From: Candidatus Shapirobacteria bacterium
Lineage (GTDB): Bacteria; Patescibacteriota; Microgenomatia; UBA12405
Length of the DNA: 40,137 nt
Reading direction: 5' to 3'
Assembly (NCBI GenBank): GCA_017992115.1
Contig: JAGOPG010000003.1
Coordinates: forward strand, 1-40,137
In this document: one piece after another, positions 17,143 to 25,416 of the stretch
Layout: each line of letters starts with the position of its first letter
How positions within the stretch are numbered: position 1 is the first letter of the stretch
The notes under the pieces: model-generated
Told to the model about the DNA's origin: nothing
Seen by the model: only the letters and a program-made list of their open reading frames with translations
The model's database searches: none
Position numbers and translations under genes: made by a program

Positions 17143-18429
17143 TTATTTTTTAAAATAATTAATAACTTTTTTGAAAATATTTAAACCCTCTTGTCCTCCG
17201 GAACTAAAATGAACAAGTATTTCATTTTTTTTAAGTGTTTTTTGATAATGATTGAGAACATCGATTGGTAATGGTAAATAAAAACTGTGGGGAATAATTT
17301 TTAGATAATCCTTGGCTGTTAAGCGAATTTTATATTTGTGGTTAAAGTTGAGTTTATAAATTACGGTTTCGGAAGATAGTTCTAAAGCTTTGGCGAGTTG
17401 TTTTATACTATCGGGATGTTGCATAAAGGAAGCATGACTTTCATAAAATACCTTGATTTTTTTTTGAGGATAATGTTTAATTATCGTTTTAATAGTGGCT
17501 TCAATTCTTTTTGCAGATTGAGAAAAATCATCGATAAAAATATTATTTTGATTTTGAAAAAGTATTTCAGCCCGTCTTTTGATGCCTTTAAAATCGGTTA
17601 AGGCATTTTGAGTGATTTGTGTATTTAGTAATAGTTTTTGACAAAGGGTAAAAACAGCACCTAAATTCTGGAGATTATAATCCCCAATTAACTGGCTTTT
17701 AAATTTAATTGGTTTATAGGGAATAGTAGGACATTTAGCAGATAATAATAAGGGAGGTATCTGTTTGTCTTGAGGGTTGTAAATAATTAAACCGTTTTTG
17801 GGAAGGCTATTAATTAATTTCTGAAATGCTTTTAGATTTTCAGTAGCAGAGGTATAACTTTCTTTGTGTTCCCAGTTAACACTGGTCAAAATAAGGTATT
17901 TTACTGGATAATAGAGGAATTTTGCTTTGACATCTAAACCGTTAATAGATTCGTCACCTTCTATTATCGACCAGTCTGAATTAGAAAAATTTAATGAAGG
18001 TATAGCATTTATAGCTTGACCACCAAACATGTATGCTGGATTCAGGTGGTGTTTTTTAAAACAATAAACCAAGGCAGCGGTAGTGGTTGTTTTACCAAAA
18101 GACCCGGCAACGACAATAGAATTTTTTTTGGTTAACATTTTTGCTAAATATTTAGTTGCTGATATATACGGAATATTAAGTTCTCGAGTTTTTTCATACT
18201 CTTCTCTTGTTCTAGAAAAACTTTTATAGGATGAACCTACTATTACCAAATCAATATTTCGATTAATTTGTTGGTGATTTATGGGAATTTTGGCTTTCTT
18301 TAATTGGGTACTAAAAGGAGGAAAAATGTTATCTTGATCTGAGCCAGTAATTTCATGACCTGATTTCTTTAAGGCTATAGCCAGAGGTGCGGCCATAGAA
18401 CCAGCGATTCCAATAATATGGATATGCAT
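17143..18429 (-). CDS. Mur ligase of the MurC/Mpl type
   Basis: N-terminal Rossmann IHIIGIAGSMAAPLAIALKKSGHEITGSD; IPYISATKYL; P-loop VVAGSFGKTTTTA at about residue 113. DDFSQSAKRIEAT sits where MurC/Mpl have DD[YF].HHP. Confidence 0.7.
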   Translation of the reverse strand: MHIHIIGIAGSMAAPLAIALKKSGHEITGSDQDNIFPPFSTQLKKAKIPINHQQINRNIDLVIVGSSYKSFSRTREEYEKTRELNIPYISATKYLAKMLTKKNSIVVAGSFGKTTTTAALVYCFKKHHLNPAYMFGGQAINAIPSLNFSNSDWSIIEGDESINGLDVKAKFLYYPVKYLILTSVNWEHKESYTSATENLKAFQKLINSLPKNGLIIYNPQDKQIPPLLLSAKCPTIPYKPIKFKSQLIGDYNLQNLGAVFTLCQKLLLNTQITQNALTDFKGIKRRAEILFQNQNNIFIDDFSQSAKRIEATIKTIIKHYPQKKIKVFYESHASFMQHPDSIKQLAKALELSSETVIYKLNFNHKYKIRLTAKDYLKIIPHSFYLPLPIDVLNHYQKTLKKNEILVHFSSGGQEGLNIFKKVINYFKK

Positions 18430-18431
18430 GG

Positions 18432-19034
18432 CTAATTATAAGATATCCATTGATTATTAACAAAGTATTCAAAATTGGGAAAGTTTCTTTTGTAAAAACC
18501 TAATTTATTTTTGGGGTTGAAGCGACCCAGATAACAATACTTTAATTGCTTAGCGGCGCTATCGATGGCCGTTTGAAGAGCAAGCCTGATGGGTAGATCC
18601 TGATGAGCGTATTTTGGATTATAAAAAACATAGGCAATATGGGAAAAATTCTTCTCAAAGAGGCAAAGTGAGTAGGCAACCACCTGATTTGTAATAGTGT
18701 CTGTCCAAATATAAAGATAATTAAAAATATGATTCTTAAAAACAGTTTTTATGGAAGAAGAGGGAAAATCCCAATTTAATTCCTTAACCCACGAATGGAT
18801 AGTTTTTTGTAAAGATGGAGTGTATTCGAAAGTACTTAAAGGAACTAATTGATGAGTAAAATGTTGGGTTTTTTTTAGAATACGACGATTTTCTGATGAA
18901 AGTTGAAAATTATCTAATTTTGAGCGTGAGGAAAAATTATCATCGGTATAAAATAATTTTTTTTGATTGCGTTGAGGCAACCATCCTTGTTGGTAATTTT
19001 CTTCAAGACTTAGATTATTTTGTAAATTAAACAT
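18432..19034 (-). CDS. Bpt/ATE-family (arginyl/leucyl-tRNA protein transferase-like) GNAT-fold protein
   Basis: FQLSSENRRILKK, VVAYSLCLFEKNFSHIAYVFYNP and YCYLGRFNPKNKLGFYKRNFPNFEYFVNNQW resemble the ATE_C/Bpt core (..S.S.RR.., A.Y.F..P, YLGY....M.YK..F.P.E.....W) as I recall it. The Cys-rich ATE_N motif is absent. Confidence 0.5.
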   Translation of the reverse strand: MFNLQNNLSLEENYQQGWLPQRNQKKLFYTDDNFSSRSKLDNFQLSSENRRILKKTQHFTHQLVPLSTFEYTPSLQKTIHSWVKELNWDFPSSSIKTVFKNHIFNYLYIWTDTITNQVVAYSLCLFEKNFSHIAYVFYNPKYAHQDLPIRLALQTAIDSAAKQLKYCYLGRFNPKNKLGFYKRNFPNFEYFVNNQWISYN

Positions 19035-20277
19035 TTTTTTCCTTTAATCGGAAAGCAGTGCGAAATGCTTCGGTTTCAGACCAGGGGTATTCGGTTTTAC
19101 CCAATAAAATCGATGTTTCATGACCTTTTCCACAGGCAATAATGGTGTCTCCTGATTTGGCGATTTTGACAGCTAAATTAAATGCATCCTGACGGTTTGA
19201 TAATTGAGTGTATAAAAAGCCACTTTGGTTTTCCGGGAATTTATCGGCTTCAAAATAAGTTGATTTTTTAGGGTTTATCCCGGAAATAATTTGAGCATTT
19301 ATAGTGTTGATATTTTCATTACGGGTGTCGTCGGATGTGATTATGGCAATATCAGCAATTTTTGAAACGACATCACCCATTAGAGGACGTTTGCTTTTGT
19401 CGCGGCCACCAGTAGCCCCGAAAATAACAATTAATCTTCCTTTTACACTTGGTTTTAGAGAAGATAAAACCTTGGATAAAGCGTTGGGGGTATGAGCAAA
19501 ATCAACTATACAACGAAGATGAAGGTTGTTGTCGACCAATTCTAATCGGCCTTTTATTTCCGGGAAATGGGCTATAGTTTCGGCAAAAACATTTGAGTCC
19601 AGTTTTAGTTCAGAAAAGGCTGAGAAACAGGCTAAGATATTATATATTTGATAATCGTAATTAGAGTCCGTTATAAAATTGTGGCGATTAATTCTGAAAG
19701 TCATATTTTCTGGAGTAATTTTAATTCTGTCTGCAGTGTAATCTGATTTGTTTTTAAGGCCATAAGTTTTAAATTTAACATTAAGAGATTTTTTTATATC
19801 TGAAAAATATTCATCATCATGATTGAGAATGGCTAATTCAGATTGGGTAAAAAGTTTTTCCTTGGCTTTTACATATTGATCCATGTTTTTGTAATAATCC
19901 AGGTGTTCGTGGCTAATGTTGGTAATAATGCCAATTTTAAAATTACATCCCCAATAACGAAACTGACTTAATGCGTGAGAAGTAACTTCACAAACTACAT
20001 GAGTGTAGCCAGATTTAGAAAAATCATATAAAATTTTTTGCAAAATTTTGGGTGAAGGGCTGGTTGTATGCAATCCGGGACTGTTGATAGTGCTAATGAC
20101 TCCGGCGTGTATACCACTGTTTTCTAATAATTTTTGCAATAGTGTACAGGTGGTTGTTTTTCCATCAGTACCAGTTACTCCAATCAGAGTTAATTTGCGA
20201 CTGGGAAAGGAATAGTAGAAATTCCAGAAGATGGCTTGAGGTAAATGCCAAAGCCAATTTTTTAGGGTTTTGAGCAT
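19027..20277 (-). CDS. murE: MurE-like Mur ligase lacking the N-terminal UDP-binding domain
   Basis: FYYSFPSRKLTLIGVTGTDGKTTT (P-loop Lys at residue 40), VDFAHTPNAL, FGATGGRDKSKRPLMG and TSDDTRNE (the DNPR position). Confidence 0.7.
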   Translation of the reverse strand: MLKTLKNWLWHLPQAIFWNFYYSFPSRKLTLIGVTGTDGKTTTCTLLQKLLENSGIHAGVISTINSPGLHTTSPSPKILQKILYDFSKSGYTHVVCEVTSHALSQFRYWGCNFKIGIITNISHEHLDYYKNMDQYVKAKEKLFTQSELAILNHDDEYFSDIKKSLNVKFKTYGLKNKSDYTADRIKITPENMTFRINRHNFITDSNYDYQIYNILACFSAFSELKLDSNVFAETIAHFPEIKGRLELVDNNLHLRCIVDFAHTPNALSKVLSSLKPSVKGRLIVIFGATGGRDKSKRPLMGDVVSKIADIAIITSDDTRNENINTINAQIISGINPKKSTYFEADKFPENQSGFLYTQLSNRQDAFNLAVKIAKSGDTIIACGKGHETSILLGKTEYPWSETEAFRTAFRLKEKNV

Positions 20278-20290
20278 ATGGGCTTATGAA

Positions 20291-21868
20291 TTATAGCAAG
20301 GAGTCCAAGTCTCTGGCGAGACTAAACCATAAAGGAGCAGCGGTAGATGACCCCCATTGAGATGCTTTTGGATTGTTCAAAGTAACAATCATGGTAAATT
20401 TAGGCTGGTTACAGGGATAAAAGCCTATATAAGAGCCGATAGTATTGTCTTCTTGATATTCACCTTCAACAGCTACTTGGGCGGTACCACTTTTGGCGCA
20501 AACAATCATGTCATCATCTTTTAATTTGGAAACTGGACTATTATTGACGCCATAAATTAACAACTTTTTTACAAAATCTGTTGTCTTTGTAGAAAAAACT
20601 GAAGAAGATTGGATTGGTGTGTTTTGATTTATGTGAGCTTTGACTAATTTTCCATCGTTTGCTAGTGTATTAAAAGCTTGTACCATTTGTAATTGGTTGA
20701 CAGCAATACCTTGACCAAAAGAAGCGGTGGCGAAATCTATGTCTGACCAATAGTCTTTAAGGGGTGAGATTGATTCCCCCACTAGTTCAACGCCAGTTTT
20801 TTGATTGAATTTGAGACGTTGGTAATATTCGAGGAATTTATTTAATCCCATGGCGCTGTTGATATAGCTCATACTAATATTGTCGGAATTTTTGATGGTA
20901 TCGAAAAGGTTGGTATCAGGATGAACTTGTTTGTCCCAATTATTTATAGTATATTCACCGATTTTCCGTGGTTGATTACAGTTTGGACAGTTCCAGTTTT
21001 GATTAATACTATTTGAATCCAAAGCAGAGGCAATGACTAGGGGTTTAAAAATTGATCCGGGTTCAAATAGATGACCAATGTTTTTTATGGTAAAGCTGGC
21101 ACTAGGGCTAGCTTCAACTGTCGCCATGGCCAATATTTCTCCACTTTGAGGTTCAAGAATAATTAGAGAGGCAGATTCAGCTTGATAAGTGGCAAGACCG
21201 ATTTTGAGTGTGTCTTCAGCTAATTTTTGGATTTTTCTATCAATGGTAGTGTGTAGATCCTGGCCATCTATTTCATTTTTTTGCCAATTTTTCCGTGTTA
21301 ATAATCCAATTCCGGTACCATCGACTACGTTTCTTTTAAATCCTACTTGACCACTAATTTGTTTTAAATATTTTTTTTCTAAATTTAAAACTAGATCCTT
21401 GGCCAAATCCCCTTCCGGATAATAGCGGCGTTGTTTCAGTTCAAATTCTAATCCGCTGGTTTTGGAGAGTTTATTTTTCTCAGCTGTATTAAACTCACCT
21501 TTAAATTGAAGCCATTTTTGATTAGGATTTTTAAATTTATCAATTAATTGAGCATTTTGGGTGGCAAAATCGCTTTTAATTGAAGTAATTTCTGTTAGGA
21601 TTTCATCAAGGTCATTTTTAAAATTTGGTTTATATAGGGCTAAACTATAATAACTGTAACCAAGGCTTAAGGGATATTTATCGCGGCTCAGGATTTTACC
21701 CTGACGAGGGAAAATTTTTACAATCTTATATATTTGAGATAAGGCCTGTTCGTGTAATTCCTGGCCAGAAATTACTTGGATGTAAAATAATTTTCCTAAT
21801 ATCAGGGAAAATATAATATATAAAAAAATTAAAAGGATTTTAGGGCGTGATTTGTCCATTGATAGCAA
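20291..21868 (-). CDS. ftsI: class B penicillin-binding protein (FtsI-type transpeptidase)
   Basis: N-terminal TM; SxxK in GSIFKPL; SxN in KNSDNIS; KSG in AKSGTAQ. The track start at 21868 is TTG; ATG 21859 (MDKSRP..) is an alternative. Confidence 0.85.
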   Translation of the reverse strand: MLSMDKSRPKILLIFLYIIFSLILGKLFYIQVISGQELHEQALSQIYKIVKIFPRQGKILSRDKYPLSLGYSYYSLALYKPNFKNDLDEILTEITSIKSDFATQNAQLIDKFKNPNQKWLQFKGEFNTAEKNKLSKTSGLEFELKQRRYYPEGDLAKDLVLNLEKKYLKQISGQVGFKRNVVDGTGIGLLTRKNWQKNEIDGQDLHTTIDRKIQKLAEDTLKIGLATYQAESASLIILEPQSGEILAMATVEASPSASFTIKNIGHLFEPGSIFKPLVIASALDSNSINQNWNCPNCNQPRKIGEYTINNWDKQVHPDTNLFDTIKNSDNISMSYINSAMGLNKFLEYYQRLKFNQKTGVELVGESISPLKDYWSDIDFATASFGQGIAVNQLQMVQAFNTLANDGKLVKAHINQNTPIQSSSVFSTKTTDFVKKLLIYGVNNSPVSKLKDDDMIVCAKSGTAQVAVEGEYQEDNTIGSYIGFYPCNQPKFTMIVTLNNPKASQWGSSTAAPLWFSLARDLDSLL

Positions 21869-22049
21869 ACTTGGAGGCGTATTCTATTTCCAGATTTTGA
21901 TTGTCAATATTTAACTGTTCGTATTTTTGGCTTAAATTAGCATATTGTTGATTCATATTTATTATATTTATCGAGTAATAAATAGAAAATATTATTTGAA
22001 AAATAATTAATGCCAGAGCAACAGCGACAAGACTTTTATTTAGTGTCAT
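21840..22049 (-). CDS. ftsL: FtsL/DivIC-like septation protein
   Basis: Small bitopic protein: a TM segment (LVAVALALIIFQIIFSIYY) followed by the coiled-coil-like NQQYANLSQKYEQLNIDNQNLEIEY. The position between rsmH and ftsI fits. I prefer the start at MTLNK (22049) over 22106. Confidence 0.5.
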   Translation of the reverse strand: MTLNKSLVAVALALIIFQIIFSIYYSINIINMNQQYANLSQKYEQLNIDNQNLEIEYASKFAINGQITP

Positions 22050-22911
22050 GATTGATAAAACATCTAAACATGGCAGATCGGGAGAGTGGATTCCTTTTGA
22101 TCTCACTATACGATGCGGAAAATTTGTTTGATTTTATTTTATTTTTTTGAAGAAAATTTTTTACAATTCTATCCTCTCCGGAGTGAAAAGTGATAATACC
22201 TATCTTACCATCTTTTCTAACTATTTTTTGGGACGTGTTCAATAATTTTTGAAGATTATTGAATTCGTTGTTGACGGCAATTCGAAGAGACATAAAAATT
22301 TTTGTGGAGGGATTAATTTTTGAACGATAATGTTTTTTTTGATAATAGTTTTCGATAATGGTGGCAAGTTGAATACCTGTAGTGATAGGTTTCTTTTGTC
22401 GAGCTTGAATTATCTCAAAAACTAGTGGTTTGGCTAATTTTTCCTGGGAATATTTGGTAAATAAATTATAAAGTTGAAACTTGTCCCAAGTATTAATTAT
22501 TTCTTCAGCAGTTAATTTTTGTTTTTTGGGATTAAGACGCATATCCAAAGAGTCGGTATCAGAATAAGAAAAACCACGTTTTGTGGATACTTGTTGGTTT
22601 CGACTAAGGCCGAGATCAGCAAAAAGTGCGTCAAGGGGTATCTTTATATGACGAGAATATATTTGGTTTAGATTACTAAAATTACCTGATATTGGATGAA
22701 ATCTTTTATCCAATTTTTCTTTTTTAATTCTTTTGGTAGTAATTTCTAAATTAATAGGATCGTCATCAAGACCAAAAACAGTAGCTCCCTTTTTTAAAAA
22801 TTCTAATGTATGACCACCATTACCTAAAGTGCAATCTAGAATAGCAAGACCCTCTTTGGGTTGAAAAAAATTTAGGACTTCATCAAGGAGGACAGGTTGA
22901 TGATAGGTCAT
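22036..22911 (-). CDS. rsmH: 16S rRNA (cytosine1402-N4)-methyltransferase RsmH/MraW
   Basis: HQPVLLDEVL, DCTLGNGGH, ADLGLS and FHSGEDRIVK. Confidence 0.95.
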   Translation of the reverse strand: MTYHQPVLLDEVLNFFQPKEGLAILDCTLGNGGHTLEFLKKGATVFGLDDDPINLEITTKRIKKEKLDKRFHPISGNFSNLNQIYSRHIKIPLDALFADLGLSRNQQVSTKRGFSYSDTDSLDMRLNPKKQKLTAEEIINTWDKFQLYNLFTKYSQEKLAKPLVFEIIQARQKKPITTGIQLATIIENYYQKKHYRSKINPSTKIFMSLRIAVNNEFNNLQKLLNTSQKIVRKDGKIGIITFHSGEDRIVKNFLQKNKIKSNKFSASYSEIKRNPLSRSAMFRCFINHDTK

Positions 22912-22913
22912 GG

Positions 22914-23516
22914 TTATAGAGCCGGATTGACGACAAATTCGGCAGATTTATAGTCGCGATGTACTACATAGAAAGGTGAGTTTTTAGACGGTTTTTGGGA
23001 AAAATTTTCTTCCGGCCATGTAATTTGATTGCCAGATTTTTTAATATCAGCGTTACTTTTTAGAATGAAAGGTGTTTCGAAGGTAGCTACCTGATTTTCT
23101 TTGGTAGTTAATACAAGGCTTAAATTACCGCCATTAACACCGGTATCGTATTTGTATTTGCAACCATTGGTACAACTTTCGGTACCAAGAAGAATTTTTC
23201 GCTCAACTTTACCACTTTGTAGATCGCTATTTTCGATAACGCCTCCTGCACCTTTTTCGATTTGAATATTACCGTCGGTGGCAGTATAAGTTAGCTCATA
23301 TTCCATTCCTTGGATTTGCTCTGTAATTGAACTTATTATTAGTGTTAATTCATGACCATCATTTCGGGGAAATAAAGCAATATTTGGTCGATCGGCTTCT
23401 GCAAGTTCGATTGTTCGAGGTGCCGGGGTAGGAGTAACTGTTTGGGTAACCTTTTTTTTGCCACAGGCGGATAGGGTCAGCATGGCGACGGCTAAGATTA
23501 GAAAATATTTTTTCAT
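22914..23516 (-). CDS. lipoprotein of unknown function
   Basis: Signal peptide with lipobox MKKYFLILAVAMLTLSAC, followed by a T/P-rich linker. I recognise no catalytic motif. Confidence 0.6.
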   Translation of the reverse strand: MKKYFLILAVAMLTLSACGKKKVTQTVTPTPAPRTIELAEADRPNIALFPRNDGHELTLIISSITEQIQGMEYELTYTATDGNIQIEKGAGGVIENSDLQSGKVERKILLGTESCTNGCKYKYDTGVNGGNLSLVLTTKENQVATFETPFILKSNADIKKSGNQITWPEENFSQKPSKNSPFYVVHRDYKSAEFVVNPAL

Positions 23517-23520
23517 GCTT

Positions 23521-24837
23521 TTAGTTTAACTTTAATGATAGCCAAGTGTCAATTTCATCAATTTTAAGACGAATTTGTTTCATAGTATCCCGATCGCGAA
23601 TACTGACGGTATTATCTTCCAAACTTTGATAATCTATTACGGCACACCATGGAGTACCAATTTCATCTTGGCGACGATATTTTTTACCTATATTGCTACT
23701 ATCATCATAATCAATTGAGTATTTTTGGGATAGATCCTTATAAAGTTTTTGGGATAGTTTTAACAATTCTGGTTTATTGGAAGCTAAGGGAAAAATAGCA
23801 AGTTTATAGGCTGCAAGATGAGGATTAATTTTTAGAAAAATTCTAGTTTCACCGTTTTCTAGTTTTTCTTCTTGGTAGGCGTCGAGAAGTAGGTAGAAGA
23901 AGGGTCGATCAACTCCACTTGAACATTCCACAATGTGTGGTAAATATTTTTCGTGTGTAGACGGGTCGGTATATGCCAGATCTTGACCGGAGAATTTTTG
24001 ATGTTGGGTAAGGTCATAGTCGCCACGCCAATGGATTCCCTCCATCTCTGCCCATCCCCAAGGGGCTTGATATTCAATATCAAAAGCTTTTTTGGCATAG
24101 AAAACTAGTTCGTCTGCTTGGTGTTGGCGAAGACGGAGACTGTCTTTTTGATTGAATATTTTTTTATACCAATCCATTCTTTCTTTTTTCCAATAATCAA
24201 AATATTTGTCCATATCTTTTGGGTGGCAAAAGAATTGAATATCGGCCTGTTCAAATTCGCGTGTACGGTAAAGAAAATTTTTGGGAGTAACTTCATTTCT
24301 AAATGCTTTGCCAATTTGAGCGATACCAAAGGGAATTTTTATTCGACTTGAATCGACAATATTTTTGAAATCAAGATAAATATTTTGACATGCTTCGCCA
24401 CGAAGATATGCATGGATTTTTTCACCCTCAATCACGCCAATTTCAGTTTCAAACAGAATATTATATTTTTTACCTTCAGTTAATTTTTTACCACATTCAG
24501 GACAAACATTTTTGTTTTCGAGTAGATCGGTGCGGAATCTTTGGTGGCAATTTTTACATTCGACTATAGTATCGGTAAAATTTTTGACATGACCCGAGGC
24601 TTCCCAAACTTTTGGGTGAGAAATAATTGAACCGTCGATGAGGAGAACATCATTGCGACGCTGTATGTTGTCCCTTATCCACAAATCTTTAAAATTTTTT
24701 TTCATTAGGGAACCAATTGGACCAAAATCATAGAATCCCTGCAGACCACCGTAAATTTCGCTATTTTGAAAGACAATTCCCCTCCGTTTGCATAGTGCGA
24801 CTATTTTTGAAACTTTATCATCTTGTTTTGATGTCAT
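23521..24837 (-). CDS. glyQS: glycyl-tRNA synthetase (alpha2 type)
   Basis: IVFQNSEIYGGLQGFYDFGPIG; the Zn-ribbon-like insert CKNCHQRFR...CPECG; class II motifs FRNE and GVDRP. Confidence 0.93.
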   Translation of the reverse strand: MTSKQDDKVSKIVALCKRRGIVFQNSEIYGGLQGFYDFGPIGSLMKKNFKDLWIRDNIQRRNDVLLIDGSIISHPKVWEASGHVKNFTDTIVECKNCHQRFRTDLLENKNVCPECGKKLTEGKKYNILFETEIGVIEGEKIHAYLRGEACQNIYLDFKNIVDSSRIKIPFGIAQIGKAFRNEVTPKNFLYRTREFEQADIQFFCHPKDMDKYFDYWKKERMDWYKKIFNQKDSLRLRQHQADELVFYAKKAFDIEYQAPWGWAEMEGIHWRGDYDLTQHQKFSGQDLAYTDPSTHEKYLPHIVECSSGVDRPFFYLLLDAYQEEKLENGETRIFLKINPHLAAYKLAIFPLASNKPELLKLSQKLYKDLSQKYSIDYDDSSNIGKKYRRQDEIGTPWCAVIDYQSLEDNTVSIRDRDTMKQIRLKIDEIDTWLSLKLN

Positions 24838-24852
24838 AGGATATTATAACTG

Positions 24853-25416
24853 TTACTTAAAAGATTGGGGGCTATTAAGCGGTTTTTCGAGGATGGATTC
24901 AAAATATTTGCGGAGAAGAATTTGGGTTTGTTGATATTTTTTTTGTTTGTAAATTAAATCTATTTCTGACGGTAGACCATAACCCAGTTGTTCAATTAGA
25001 TTGATTTCGCTATCAATAAATTGAGAATAATTATTTTGAGAAATTGCTCTAGTGGCAACAGTTATTAGCCCATAAACTGTGGTCGAAGGTTCCGATAAAG
25101 GTAATAGTTGGTTAATTACTTCGTAAAAGAAAAATAAAAGGCCGTACTGTGATAATTTTTTGGGGTTATTTAAAAATACTTCAACTGCTTCTGATTCAGA
25201 CAACCAATAAAAATTATTTTTTTGATAAAGATGGCAGTTTATGAGATTTCCAATTTCCAGATGGCCCAAGCGACGGCTTTTAATCGATTGGGCGCCTTTA
25301 GCAATACAGTTTATTTTACCCAAAGATTTGGTGAAAAGTGTTACTAACAAATCCCCTTCCCGTCTCTTTCTTCGGTTTAGTACCAAAGCTTGAGTATTTA
25401 TAAAAGAAGAATTCAT
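24853..25416 (-). CDS. recO: DNA repair protein RecO (short form)
   Basis: The N-terminal OB-fold pattern ALVLNRRKRREGDLLVTLFTKSLGKINCIAKGAQSIKSRR is typical of RecO. The protein is only 187 aa. Confidence 0.7.
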   Translation of the reverse strand: MNSSFINTQALVLNRRKRREGDLLVTLFTKSLGKINCIAKGAQSIKSRRLGHLEIGNLINCHLYQKNNFYWLSESEAVEVFLNNPKKLSQYGLLFFFYEVINQLLPLSEPSTTVYGLITVATRAISQNNYSQFIDSEINLIEQLGYGLPSEIDLIYKQKKYQQTQILLRKYFESILEKPLNSPQSFK

